Assembly: GCA_013265495.1 (NCBI GenBank)
Contig: MU058769.1
Location: 146,477 to 210,476, forward strand
Source: Vicugna vicugna
Taxonomy: Eukaryota
Length of the DNA: 64,000 nt
Direction of reading: 5' to 3'
How positions within the stretch are numbered: the stretch's first letter is position 1; the number at the start of each line of letters is the position of its first letter. Below are positions 37,188 through 51,340 of the stretch, one piece after another. Below the pieces are notes generated by a model, which did not search any database, was not told the DNA's origin, and worked only from the letters and a program-made list of their open reading frames with translations. The position numbers and the translations under genes are program-made.

Positions 37188-39732
37188 CCCTCTGGCATCT
37201 TTAAAATTCCTCTAAAGAGTTTCCTGCCTCAGGGCCTTCCTGAAAAAACTTACCTGCATATTTCCCCTTTCTACTTGCCAGCAGTGCCTGACTAATTCTT
37301 CTTCAGAGTCAGAGGACCTGCTTCTTTTCAGAGAAGCCCTCCCTACACCATAAGCGAAACTGGGGCCCTACTCCTAACCCCATTCTTTCTCATAGCCCTG
37401 CGTTTCTTCTCTCCACAGTGCTTATCCACGTTTGTCATTAGACATGTCTGTTTTTATTAAGGTCTGTCTCCTCCACTGGGCCGTAAGCTACAGGCAGCCG
37501 GCTGTGTGCCCGGCTGCTTTGTCCACTGTCAGCCCCACCCAGGGCCTGGCATGTAGTAGGCTGTCAATAAAATGTGCATTAAGTGGACACATGGCTGTCA
37601 TGGTTTGGTATCTTGGCTTTCTACTCTGTTGTATGAGATCCAAGACAGCATGTCACTGAAATAAGCACCCCTGCCACCCAGGACATTTAGACACCTGCCA
37701 GGAATTTGACTGAGTGGTTACATTTAGCTCATCCAGATTTTCTGGGTATGTTTTAAAATTCATCACTTTGGAATGTGGATGAATACTAGCTAAGAATCTC
37801 TCTTTGCAACACAAGAACTTAGAGCTTGCAGGCACCAATGTAATAGAGAAAAGGAGGCCACGCTCTAAGGGAAGATAAAAACAACAGACTTTTAGATCAA
37901 ATTGTTATTACCAGGAAGGAGATAATATTCTAAGCACTTCACATATATTGACTCATTCCTTCTCATAACCCATTGCAGATGAGAAAACTGAGTGACTGGC
38001 CTAAGGCAAGCAAGGGAGCTGAAATTTACACTCAGACAGCCTAGTTTCAGTGTCTAAGAGCTTAACCACGACAGGAAAGTGTCTCTCGAGGACGCTGATG
38101 GAAGCCGAGTAAAAGAGAGGGGAAAAGACTCTGGGTCAGGGGAAGGTGTGACCAGACCGCGGAGGCCTGAAGGGAACAGGCCGCGGCTGAGAGCCTGGCG
38201 GCTTCACTCCGCCCAAGGGGTCCTCCTGAGCCAGCAGAGTGCCAGCCGCCCACTCCGCCCCCATTTCTGCCCCACACAAGGGCAGCCGCAGGGGTGGCCC
38301 TGAGGGGCTGCTCTCCCTCCAGGCTCTTGGAGCCAGAGAAATGGAGAGAACTATGGAGTCTCACGGATGGCTCATCCTCTCCTGAAACCAGCTGGCTCTG
38401 CCTCGGGACTAGGCGCTCTGAGAGCGTGGGGCCTTCTGGCCCTCCCAGGGGGCTTCTCTCTCCTACCACAAGGCTGACCAGGCCCTCCTCCGCTGCGCCT
38501 GCAGGCCACCCCACCTCTCGTTCCCCCACGGCCGGGGCGCCATGCATCCCTCGAACTGGAAGAACCGCACCGTTTGGGACAGTACAGTCGGCAGCTGTGA
38601 TGTCCCTCCAGCGCTCTTGAAAAACACCTGAGAGTCAGAGGAGGCCCTTAGCTCCGGGAGAAGCAGAGCTGCCTAAAGCCCCTTCCTTGCAAATCCTCGC
38701 GCGTGCTTCTTCTCTTCCGGACTGGTTAGCACTGAGTGTGTGCAGGATACTCCACAGACAGTAATCCTCACAGCAGCCCCGTGAGGTAGGCACTATCACT
38801 GTGAGGCAGACTGAGACCTGGGACCCTTTACTGCGGGGCTTGCACCTGGACAGATGCCTCCTGGAGCAGCAGAATACAAATAGAAGGGGACTGAAAATAA
38901 CTGCACATGTGCGCCCTTGGAACACAGTAGGAACAACAAGATACAAAAATGCCAAAACCCAACTGCCCTTCTGAGTCGCCCAGAGCAAAAGCAGAGTACC
39001 GTGCACAATCCCCGCCCGCGGCCTCCCCAAGGGGGTGGGCCAACCACCTAGGCCACCCCTCCCCCCTTCCCTGCTACGGTGGCCGTGGCCCGACCCACCT
39101 CGTCCCTTTTCAGGGACCAGCTCAACACTTCTTCGTGGAGGAAACAAGGACACCTGTTACTCGTTTTCAGTCCCTCGTGCTGCCGCACGAGTTCCAGTAA
39201 AGCCTTGCCTGCATTCCTCATTCGGCCTCTTATCAATTTCTACTGATTAAGGAGTCCAAGGACTCTGGCTGGTAACAATTAGCTCCATTTTATAGATGAA
39301 AAAACTAAGGCATGCAGTGACTAGGGAACATTCCCAAAGTCTCCTAGCCCCTCGGTGGCAGAGCCAGGATTCAAACCCAGGCAGTCTGGCTCAAGCAGCT
39401 GTGCTCTTTATAACTTCTCTGTACTCACATCAGTGCATTTTCACCTGAGTCACCTGCACACTGATGTTCGGGGGCCGCGGGCCGTGGGCCGCAGGCCGGG
39501 GGCCAGGGGTGGGCAGCATTCCTGGGCCACATCTCTCCAAACACCCCCACCTTCCCACAGCTATGGTTCTGCCACTCCCCGCAGTTCTCAAATCCCAACT
39601 ATGCCACCAGCTGTGTGGCCTTGGACTCATAACCCCTACCAGCCTCCATCCCATCATCTGTAAAAGTGGATCAGTGACCCCCAAGACCTCCCCATCCCCC
39701 TCAAAGACCCCTTTCCCTCCTGGGACACTCAC

Positions 39733-39896
39733 AGTTACGGAAGTACTCCTCGCCATAGCTCTCGCGCGTCTCCTGGGGCAGGCGCTTCCATAGCTTGCGC
39801 ACGTGCCCCTCCAGGCCCTCCTTGCCCAGAATGGATGTCCGGTAGTTCCCCGGCTCAATGATGCAGACTTTCACCCCGAAGTAGTGGAGCTCACGC
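39733..39896 (-). CDS. SDR9C7: SDR9C7 coding exon 3 (164 nt)
   Basis: AG 39898-39897, GTGAGT donor from 39732. Encodes [54 protein letters not shown]. Phases fit the flanking exons. Confidence 0.95.
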
Positions 39897-40563
39897 CTGG
39901 GAAAGAAGAGCTGGACTCAGTCTGGGCCTCCACCATGACAAAGGATCATCAGGGAAAGTCACTTCTGACACCTCTAAAGGAGCCAATCTCCCCTTGGAGA
40001 TCAGGAGCCTGGAGATGCTCCCTCCATCCCTGCACCAGGCCGGGCTCTGCATGCACATAAGCCCTTCTCCAAGCCTATTTCCGGGCAATTCACAATAGGC
40101 AAGCCCAGCCGGGAGGAAGTTCCAGAGAATCTAGACCTGAGAAGCCTTGCTCTCACCCGGTCCCTCCCACTCAGCCCCACCCCAACACCCAGGTGGCAAA
40201 GGAGCGATGGGGTCTGTGCAAGCCCTGCATCCTCCCTAGGGCCACCCACGGCGTGTCTGCTCCTAGGCTGCTCTGTCTGTCTGGGGGACTGTGCCTCCTA
40301 GTTCCACAAGCCCAGACAGGGTGTTGTTCATTCTGGGGCAGCTCAAGGGAAGGCTGCCCATCACCGCCCCACCGCTTCTCTCATCCCTTCTTCTCTGGGC
40401 CCTCGGGGAAGGCCCCCTGAGGTCTAGCCTTCCTCCTGCTACTGTTTCAGCATCTTCTCTCCAGAACTCCCCTGCCCACAGGGTGCCCTCATCCAGCCCT
40501 CTCTTCCTGAAGTGAAACCCCCAGGACTGCCACCTGGAGTCGTTTGGCACCAGAGCCCAGTCA

Positions 40564-41160
<597 letters not shown>

Positions 41161-42319
41161 TTAATATTTGAATTCCTTCCCACATTGTGCTTCCCCCTCC
41201 CTACTCACCTGAATATAAGAAACCAACTCCACTTTACGTCACCAAAATCACTCCATTCATTCATTCATCCAGTCACACATTCATGCATGCATGCATCTAT
41301 TCTCTGTCAGTTACAGAGGAATGTGCTAGACACACAAAATGAACAAAACAGGGTCTTATCCCTCAAGGAGCTCACAAACCAGAGAAGAAATAAGTAATAA
41401 TTACAAACAAATATATAAAATATTTAAATAAAATAATTATAGAAAAATGCGGAAAAGGCTCTCTTTAAGATATTTAAATTGAGTTGGTATAAATGGAGAG
41501 AAATAATGCTATGCATCGTCTTTCAGCTCTGCAGGGGCCAGACTTGAAGAGCCTCAAGTTCTAGTCCTGGTTCTACCTCCAGCCTTGGACAAGTCATTTT
41601 CCCTCCCTGGATCTTAGGTCTTTTGTTGACTGGATTAGAGCAGTTGTTTCCAGCCTGTGGTTTGCAGTCCTCAGAGCTTTCCAGGCTGAACCCCATAAAC
41701 TGCTGAGGAAGGGAGATGCAGGAGAACCTCAGCTTTCATTTGTTTAACATATTGGCTTCCAGGTAAAATTCCACTTGGGGGAGGGGCTGGGGGTCCTTCC
41801 CTTCCCCTCCCCCATCCCACCACCCTGCCTTGGACTCCTTAGCCTCAGGGCACCCTTTCAGGCAATTCTGGATGTAAACACCAATCATGGTTCACTCCTT
41901 CCCCAAGGCCTGGGGTCCCCACACAGGCTGTGTCCCCACTCTATCTTCCTGCTTTCCTACAATTAGCGAGACCCCAGGAGACCAGCTGGCAGGACTCAGA
42001 ACCTTCCCAGCTAGCGGGGACTCTCTTGTCTTACAGGGGGGGAAATGAGCTCCTGAGACCCAAAGACTGTAAAGCTCGAGTGGTCTCCGCCCATGGAGAA
42101 GGGACACAGTTGCTGCTATCTCTGATCATCCTTGGTAAATAGTTCGGTCTGCTGGTGATCCAGGACAACCTTGATTTTCTCTCTGCAAAGAGCAGCTAGA
42201 GAACTTTCAGAGCAGCGCGAACAGCTTTAGGGCTGTGTCAACTTGTCATGCCCTGGGACTCTCAGGGGCATCAAAAAAGGAAGTAAAAACCCCTTCCCCC
42301 GCCATTTCCCAGTGCATCT

Positions 42320-43412
42320 TAGACCAGCGGCCCACCAGAGAGGTCTCCATACTAGTCCCTGGAATCCGGGAATATGGGGGGTTACATGGGAAAGAGGACT
42401 TAAGGTAGCCGATGAAATTAAAATTGCTAAGCAGCTGACCTTGCAATGGGACGATTATCCTGGATTAGCCTGATGAGCCCAATATAATCACAAAGGTCTT
42501 TCTAAGTGGAAGAGGTGTCAGGGCAGGCAGAGAGCTAGATGTGAGCAGAGAAAGGGGGACACAGACCAAATGGCAGGAACTGGGCAGCAAGGAGGGGCAC
42601 AGGCCAAATGCAGGAAACTACACATCATGTAAGCACCGGGGGTCCCTGGGCAGAGAAAGAAAAGCAGGAACCTTTGGGCTGATAAGGGATCATGCTTTTT
42701 GAGGGGACAAGTGGCCTGGAGCAGAACAAAGAAAGGTGACCCATATGTAACCTTTTGCTCATTATGCCCTCATGTCAATAAAATTAGCCTTGCAGGTCAG
42801 AAGTCCCCATCATGCAACAATGCCATGACACTTCCGACTAATAAGGACAAAAATCCCTCCTCCCTTTGGGAAGGTGGAGTTGGGATAATAATCAGGAAAT
42901 ATGACCCCAAGCTCTTCCCTCCTCAATGAATATTCCACCCATTCATTTTTACACCCTATGTAACTAACTTACCAAAGAAACACAGGGCAGCCGCTCCCCT
43001 GAGCCTGCCTGCTCTCCCTTTGACAGTGTACTATCCATCTTTTAATAAATCCTCACTTTACTTTTTTTAACCACTACATCTTGCCTCTGAATCCTTTCTG
43101 GGACGGGGCAAGAACTTGGAACACCGGTTGTATCTACCAGCAATAGAGGCAACCAGAAGACAGAGAACCAGAGAGACGGCAGCATGAAAAAGACTCAGCC
43201 CATCCTTGCTGGCCTTGAAAATGGAAGAAGAGGGTAGTGAGCCAAGGAATGCAGGCAGCCTCTAGAAGCTGGAAAAGGCCAAGAAATGGATTCTTCCCTT
43301 GATTTTCGCCCATTGAGACTGTTTGGGACTTCTGACTTCTGGAACTATTTGTGCAGGTTCAAGCCACTAAGTTTGCGTGAATTTATTACAGCAGCAAGAG
43401 GAAACTCACATA
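42320..43412 (+). mobile_element. MLT1D-like MaLR LTR split by a younger LTR
   Basis: gattatcctggattagcc…aatcacaaaggtc on the left and gagccaaggaatgcaggcagcctctagaagctggaaaaggc…ttacagcagcaagaggaaac on the right. Confidence 0.75.
42516..43145 (+). mobile_element. ERV1-class solo LTR with 4-bp TSD
   Basis: Starts TGT, AATAAA at 43044-43049. GAGG duplicated at 42512-42515 and 43146-43149. Confidence 0.7.
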
Positions 43413-44462
43413 CCTAACGAGTCATTAATATACGTGGCTCAAGGCCGAATGTAGGACACTGGGCAGAGACAGCCTGTTGAAGAAAGAAATTCACTCTTGC
43501 TGAAATATTCATTCCTTAGTTTATTCAACTAATACTTTCTGAGTTCCTCACTAGATGCCAAACACTGATCTAAGTACTACGGATAGGTAGTAAATAAAAG
43601 AGATAAAATGTTCTGCCTCTACCCCTGGAGGCTTTATTCTGGTGGGAGAAATAGACAATAAATGAGAAAAATAAGTAAAATATATGGAACATTGATCTAG
43701 TGGAAATGCCAAGGAGCGAGCTCTCCTGCCCCGACCTGTGTGCACAGACCCCAGGGTGGTTCCCTTGGGAGCCAGGCCTTCTCCCAGGCTGCTGCTTCCG
43801 CAACAGAGCCACCTGCTCCTCCCATTCCTGCACCTACGTTCTGGGTGTGGGTAGCTCCCCGGGCAGGTTCCCAAGCAGCCCTAGCCCAGCCCTAATCCAC
43901 AGCCTCCTTTCCCAGTAAGAGCAGCCACTCTGATGTGGACACCTACCCTGAGGTCGACCCAAAATCCATCATGGTGTGAGGAAGAGGACAGATCCCTCCC
44001 CTGCTGTCTAGCCTGATGCAATCTAGGAGAGCTCAGGGAGTCCAACTTCCTGTTCCCGCTCCCGTCTTCCCAGCCTGATCCCAACAAGAAATACGCTCAC
44101 ATTTCTGTAGGAGCTGATGGTTAGGACCACTGAAGTCCCAGAGGTGCAACTCCATCTTTAAAGGTTTGGACCTTCAGAACACAAGTTCCCTCCCTGACCT
44201 CCTATTGCAACCCCCACCTCTGCCATCCCTGTTAGTTTTGAGGAGAGAAAACTTCCTTGGGAAATCACCTCTTCATGCAGGCAGACCAAACCAGGCAGAC
44301 CAGCAGCTCCAGTCCCGCTGAGCTACAGCCCCAGCCCCTTTCTCAACATCATCTCTCCACCCTATCTCAACAACAGGGTCCCTAATAACTGTCAGATGCC
44401 TGCGGGAGAAAGAGGAGGAAAAAAGATAAACTGAGAAAGCCGAAGAAGGCAATTCATCCCAC

Positions 44463-44763
44463 CTTGCTCACCCACTTGGTCCCTCACCCACTGGGCCGCC
44501 GCCTGGATGCTCTCAGTCTTGGTGACATCCAGCAGGGTGGTCTGCAGCCGGTAGGCAGTATCCTGCTGAAGCTTCCAGGCCCCCTCCTCAGTATAGCAAG
44601 CCGCCAGCACCCGCATACCCCGATCAACCAGCCGCCTGGCCAGGAGGTTCCCGAAGCCAGAGTCACAGCCCGTGATGAAGACGTACTTGTCCGAGAGGTT
44701 GCGGACCAGATTGCAGTTCTTGAACCAGCGGTACATGAAGGAGAGGCCCGCGTCAGCCGCCAT
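44463..44763 (-). CDS. SDR9C7: SDR9C7 coding exon 1 (301 nt)
   Basis: ATG at 44763. Translates [41 protein letters not shown]...[11 protein letters not shown], matching SDR9C7 as I recall it, with the TGxxxGxG cofactor motif. GT donor at 44462-44461. Confidence 0.96.
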
Positions 44764-44920
44764 AGGGCAGTGGGGAGGTGATGGCCGAGAAGAATCAAGC
44801 TCAGGAAACAGTGAGAGAGGCTGGTCCTCTGAGCCCCAGTTTGCTGGAACCCGCTGAGAAGAGCTCTCCTCCCTTCCACTGCTGCCAACAGATGCACTGA
44901 CCCTGCGTAAACCACTCTAA

Positions 44921-44951
44921 TTTTTATAGGTGGATGCATCAGCGCACCAAT
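44921..44951 (-). promoter_or_regulatory. Putative SDR9C7 core promoter: TATAAAAA plus inverted CCAAT
   Basis: Minus-strand TATAAAAA at 44928-44921, about 160 nt upstream of the ATG. CCAAT on + at 44947-44951. Confidence 0.55.
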
Positions 44952-47548
44952 TAGCCTAGCTGCAAGAAATTCAAGTCCAACCTGAAGCTTTGTCACTTCA
45001 GACAGCCCTAGTGGTTGCCTCTTTCTCTCCTCTAGGCCTGACAGGTGAAGGTGCCGAGGATGGGAAAAACCCCAGTGGGGACATTGGCGCTGAGAGGTGG
45101 CTCGCCTGGGTGGTCTGAGCAGAGGAATGGAAAAGGAGGACTCAGCCCAGAGAACCTCCCCAGAAATCCTCCACCTCTAGCCCAGGGGTAAAAATCCTTT
45201 GTTTTGAATGCAGACATGTAAATAAACTTAATTTTTATTTTCAGTGGAAAAATTAAGAAAAATTCATTCATGAAAAACAAACAGAATGGGGTTTGTGCCC
45301 TCCAGCCCCCAAGAGAAGTGAATCCCAGGTTATCAGCACTTTGACATTCTCTGCCCTTAGGTGAGTCTCCATTACAAGAGATGATGAGAAATAAAGGGTC
45401 TCCCCCAGAGTACATGAGCCTCTATTATCCTGAGGTCAGAGGCAGCAGACCCTCCTATAAGGGAGGCTGGTTATTTGAGGCCCCAACTCCCAGAAAGCAG
45501 AAAGCCCTGAGGGGCTCAGGGCCTGGGTCCTTGGGAGGTCATACTCAGGCCACCAACAAGAAGCCCTCACTGCACTCCAAGTGAGCCCAGCATCCCACCA
45601 CCCAGCAACCAGGCAAATGGAGGGACACATTAGCTCCCCCAGGCAAGGACCCCACTGGGCATTTTCTTCTACGTCCAGGACCAGGCACATTCTAGGTGAT
45701 CTGCTGAGCTAAGGAGCCTGATGGTGCGGTGTGCGGAGGATGTCAGTGGAAGGAAAGGTTTACTAAGTCAGCTGACACAGTGGCTAATGGAATGTGCAGA
45801 GGGAAAGAAGGCCAGGAGTCAAAGTGATTCTCAGGTACGGGGCTGATGGCAGGTGGAACCACAGGTGGCAGGAGAAGTCAGGAGAATTGAGGACTCTGAT
45901 ATGAACAGTCTGATTGAGACTGGTGTCCGGCTGGATGATGAAGGTGGGTTACGAGTTCCCTGGGCAGCTGCAGGAAGGGCCTGGGGCTGAGTCCTTGGCT
46001 CTGAGAGGGGATGACACGTGGGAGGAGCAGAGAACTGGGGCCAGAGACTTGGAAAATTCTCAGGGTCAGGACGTGGGGGGAAAAGAGAGATTCTAGGCAA
46101 AGGGGCAAAGAACTCACAGAAACGTAGAAGGGAAGCTGATAAGGAAAAGGAAGCAAGGAAATGAGACAGAGGGGCGAGCCAGGAGGCACCACACCAGGGT
46201 TGCATAAAATATTGGACAGAATGGTGCTGGAGTCTACCACTGTTCTTTGGATTAAACCTCTAGGGTCAGCATTCCTCAGGATGAGCCTGGTCGCCAGCTT
46301 GTCCTGAGGGACTCAGGACCAACTGCCTACACCCTCCCTTCTAGAGGATCTGACGCAAAAATGGGGCCACAAAGTTCTCTAGAGGAAAGGGACAAGGATG
46401 CATCTCCATGCTCCGCTAGCTACCAAGACCGGGCAGCTCCAGAATCAGATAAAGCAAGTGTCACCTTGGGAAACCTTGGAGAGTTTGGCCGTTCTGTACA
46501 AGGGTGGTAGGATTTGCGAGGGAGGGTGTCGGTTCATGAACACAGCCCTGGGGAGCAGACCCAAAGCCTGTAGGCTGTGGAGGTGGGAGGTGGAGGCGGG
46601 AGGTGGAGGCTAACCTGACCTACTTCATACCCACCCCAAGGCACAGCACCGCCTACAGTGAACCTGGGAGGCCACTCAGCATCCTGCCTCCTGGGTGGGT
46701 GAACGAGGAAGTCTCAGCTGAGAGAAGTCAGACAACGTCACTCAAGGGTTGAGTCAGACTAGGACTGTCCCAGCTCTTGAGAAGAGAGGTGAGAGCCAAG
46801 GGCTGGCTCTAGATCTGAAAAAGGATGACTTGGAACTGCCCCAGCACAGGTCTGGGCCTGACTTACCATCTCATGGGCCTCTCTGCTGACTCCAGGTGGC
46901 AATCCCTGGACTCAAACTCCCAACATCAGAAAATTCAGGCCATGGAATGGGGGATGGGAGGGCTGCAGGACCACACAGAAGGCTCTCCTCCTAGGACTGA
47001 GGATGCTGCCACTTCAATGGCTGGCCTCTCTTTGGTTGGCACATGAGGCTGTTGGGTCAGGCTGGTGGTTGTGCATCCCCAACCCCTCTTCACAGGTGTT
47101 TTCCGTGGAGAACGGAGACTTTGCCTCCTCCAGGCCATTTTCATCCCATGGGATAAGGAAACCCAGCACACATCCTGAAGAGGCGAAGAGAGGCAGAGCA
47201 GGTGAGGCTGAGCCCCTGCCACCTGCTCACACCCTCCAAAAAGTGTAGATCGCTCAGGCTGGCAGGAGGGTCATGAGGCTCAGAGCCTTGAGAGGCTGCT
47301 CAAGGAAGAGGGCACAGGCGTGTTCTATTGGAGTTCTGTTCCTCAGCCACAAATCTAGGCCCCTTCTTCCTAATATCCCCAGAGTCTCAGGAGAAGCTTG
47401 GAGCAGAGATTAGAAGGAAGGAGAGCTACGTGACCTTAGAGATGAGAAGATCTCTTTCTCTACCCTATTTCCCTCGTCATGAGCATCCCCAAGCAGCATG
47501 CCCTCACATGGCACCCAACTTGACCCCACAAATACCCCTGTCTTGACT

Positions 47549-50381
47549 TCACAGGGCCCTGGCAAGCCTCGGGGAGCTCAAGTCAACCATGACATCCACC
47601 AGGAAGGAGGGCATGTAGCTCGTGGGGAGGGAGATGAGCTTGACATCCCAGCCAGGTGAGTATCAGACGCGTGGGAGGCAGCTGGTCAGAGCATGTCTGT
47701 GAAGTCCATGACTAAGCACAGAGAATCAACTTGCAATGTTTCAAAATACTTTATTATTTTGATGTCTGTTCAGGATGAGAGAGTTGCCTTATATACTTCC
47801 ACATCCCTCCTCTCCAATTCACAGCTCTAATATGGGAAGAAAGCTTCAAAGAATTCCTGGCCACCCCCTACCCCAAACCCATCCAAATCTCCCAAGAAGT
47901 GCCCAAATTCTTCCCACAGTAACAACTGTTCCACACTAAGTGACCTCTGGCCATATTTCTGAGAATATCTGATACACATTGGATGTTGCTACAAACATTA
48001 GAAACCTAAGCACATGAAAACCAGCTGCTCTAATGTCAGTTTGCCACGAGTCCATGGATATCATCCCTCTAAGGCTTACAGTTTCTTCCCAAAATAGCAA
48101 GGGGTTTGTATGAGACAGTGGTGCTCGGGTCTACAAGGCCTAGATCCTTTCCTTAGGTCACCAGTTGACCACACAGGACCTGGGGGTGGAGCTCATGTCC
48201 CCATTACGTGGGGGAGTCAGAGCCTGGAGAATGGACCTGAGACTGGAGGAGGTACTAATGATGGACCCAGGCTTCCAGAGAAATGATTGCTTCTCTCCCC
48301 AAGGTCCATGGCTCACTCACCTGCTGCTAAGAACGTTTCCCCTTGGACCTCTGGGATGGACCAGTACAATGCTGCCCGTAAGCCCCCCAAAACATCTCAG
48401 GGCTGGTCATATTGGTCTTACAGTAACCAGACTCAGTCATAGCCACGTCATCCCAGAGTAGGAGAGCTCCTGTCTGCTAGCCAAGAGGCAGAGTGGCAAG
48501 GTCTTCAGCCACCACGGGAGCCAAACAAAATCAATAAAACCTCACCGCAGACTGGGGTGGTTAAGTTTGAAAGGTCAGGGAGTTGTGAAACACAGCAGCC
48601 AAGGAGAGAAAACTTATGATGGCGGTTACTGCTTCTGTATAGAGTTTGAATATTTTTTGAAATATTTCACATACGTGTGCTTATCAGCTCTAAATCCTAC
48701 CAGCCGTGCTGCTCAGCGCCACTTATATGCTATCTCCTCCTATTCCCCTCACATCTATCCAATCACCGGAGTTTCCCACCTTACCTCCTCCACACTCCTC
48801 CTCCCCTCTTCTGCTCTAGTCAACAACCTGGCCACCAGTCAGCTGGGTTATTTTAACTGTCATCTAAGGAGCATCTCCCTACCTACGGTCTCAGGGCCCC
48901 ACATTCTGAGCCATCCTCTGCTCTGCAGCCAGTAGGTTCTCTAGAGGTTTATTCAATTATTATAGCTCCCCTGATAAAAGTCCTTCCATGGGGTTCCATT
49001 GGAAACAGCATAATGATCCATAGTCTGTCTGGGATCCACAGCCCTCCATAATCCCACTCGTTCATTTCTGCCTGCCCCTGAGGGACCCCACAGCATAAGT
49101 GTTCAACCATTACTCATCCTAGGCCTAGGCTGACACTATCCCCTCACTCAGAAAGTCTTCCCACTCTACTTCGTCAGGTTGCCAGGTTCCCAAGTTCACT
49201 TCGTCAATCCTCAGCTCAGTCCCTATCTCCCAGACCCTCCCCTCATTCTGCTGCCTACCAAGGCCACCATGGCTAACTTAGTCATGACCATCATAAGGGA
49301 TGGTCATAAGGGATCAACATTTCTGTATCTCCTGTCCCTTTCTCAGCTGTCAGACTTTTCAGGTAAAGACCAAATCTTCTTGTCCCCAACACACTTATCG
49401 TGTACTCTTAGAAATCGCAAAGAAGTATCTGGGTTTTTTGTGCGTGTTTGTTTGTTTGGTTTGGGGCTTCTTTTGGAGGGGGGGTTATTAGATTTTTATT
49501 CATTTATTTTCCATGGAGGCATTGGGGATTGAACTCAGGACCTTGTGCATGCTGAGCACGGGCTCTACCACTGCTTACATTCAGTAGGCAATAAAACCAT
49601 CTTAACTAAATGCATAGACAGTTTGGGAACGTAGAATGGGGCTCACAAATCTCATGATGATGGTTATTGCTTCCGTATAGAGTTTGAATATTTCTCATAT
49701 AGGAGAAAGACAAAGACAGGCAGGAGGAAGAGTAAGAAACAGAAAGGAAGGGAAAGCTAGAGAAGAGAAAGGAAAATGGAAATTTTTTTTAAAAGAAATA
49801 AAGGAGAAAAAGGAAAGAAAAAAACATGAATAATCACTTTCTAAAATCTGTCTGGGAGAAGCACAATTGAAAACCCAGGGCAGAAGAATCTAGAGAATAG
49901 CTCTACATTGGACATCAGGGGGCAGACTCTGAAACACCCTGCATCAGTTTCAAGGAAAGGGCAAGGCTTTGAAAATCAAAGCATCTTCGGGATCTTCCCA
50001 GTGAGCAGAAGAGAGTTCCTCTTGCTCAGAGAGAAGAAATAAACAAACACAAAAGAAGTCCGGGTGTATCTCTGCCCCTAAGCGCTCCTTCACCCACTGG
50101 GTGGCCGCAGCGATGCTCTCTGTCCTGGTGACATCCGGGATCACCGTCTCCAGCCTGTCGGACATCTGCTTCCTCAGCTGCTGGGCCCCCTTCTCGGTCA
50201 GACACGCAGCCAGCACCCTGAGTCCTCGCAGGTCCAGCTGCCTGGCCAGCAGGTTCCCGAAGCCCGAGTCACAGCCCGTGATGAAGACGTACTTGTCCCA
50301 GAGGTGGCTCACCACCTGCCTCTCCCGGTACCAGCGCAGGAGGTGGCACAGGCCCATCAGGGCCGCCGGGCACAGCCACAC
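47549..50381 (-). pseudogene. Unprocessed RDH16-like pseudogene (exons 1, 3, 4; exon 2 not found)
   Basis: Exon 1 (50381-50070): start ATG>GTG, 1-nt deletion near the end, donor GT>AT. Exon 3 (48473-48321): frameshifted, 153 nt. Exon 4 (47765-47549): 217 nt, in-frame TGA at 47665-47663. Intron and 3'UTR similarity to the neighbouring gene. Confidence 0.9.
49490..49573 (-). mobile_element. Vic-1-like tRNA-derived SINE
   Basis: ggggattgaactcaggaccttgtgcatgctgagcacgggctctaccactg, similar to the 2123-2219 SINE. Confidence 0.75.
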
Positions 50382-51334
50382 GGCTCACGGAGAACAGTGC
50401 CTGAAGGCTAAAGTTGTACTCAAGTTCTGTCACTCACCCTCTGTCGAGGGGTCCTCAGGTATCTTCCTGTTCACACTGGAGGCCCCTCTGATCTAGATCT
50501 TATAGTTCACACTGTCTGCATTTATGTCAAACCCACTCAGTAAATGTTTACTTAGATGACATTTCAAATGACTGAATAAGTCAATGCTTTTTAAGGTATA
50601 TAATATAAAATATTGTTCAAAGGCATAAAATTCCCCAAAGTCCGCATAACCTCATTTTTATAATGAGGAAGGTGAGTTAAGATGACTGGGAGATACCTCC
50701 CAACTGAAATTTGTACTCAGCCTGGAAATCTGTATGACTCTGTGCCAATGACTTCTCCATTGAGTCCATACTCAGAGCATCATGAAAGCAGCAGTGACGC
50801 AGAGTCTGGAAGCCCTGGGAAACCAAGGGAATTCCTGCCCAGCACACAGTAGGTGCTCAGTAAAGGTTAGCAGAAAACGTAAGACTGGGGTACAGAATTA
50901 ACTCCCCTCCCCTTGAGGGTCAGGGAGGGGATCTAGGTTGGGCAACGCAGGGATGGCAAAGGATGGAAGACAGTGACTTGAAAGGAGGGGACAGAGGGAG
51001 GGCCACAGAAAGGCTTCTGGGGAGCCAGAGGCTACACGTTGCCAGGGAAGGGTCTGGGCCCTGCAGTCCTAAGACACCTCTCCCTGGGTCCATCCTTGGC
51101 TCTAACCCCGTGACCCAGGTCCCTTGACAAACCCTGGAAAGATTGTTATTATATATTATACCCTCACGTCTGTGGAAGAAGCGATGATTTCACTTCCCTC
51201 TTCAAACCCCTCCTCAGGCCATCCGCTCATCCTTCCCCTCTGTGAAGGCACTGGACTCTTCCTCTCCTGGATCCACAGCCCGCTGCTCCCCAGGGCCCTG
51301 GTCCCAATCACTGGCCTGGGTAAACATTCCAACT

Positions 51335-51340
51335 TTTATT
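51335..51340 (-). other. Candidate polyadenylation signal of the RDH16-like gene
   Basis: AATAAA on minus strand about 600 nt after the stop codon. Confidence 0.5.

Noticed and set aside
39470..39513. GGCC-rich, G-quadruplex-like run in SDR9C7 intron 3
   Set aside because: Short low-complexity tract in a GC-rich region with nothing to indicate function.
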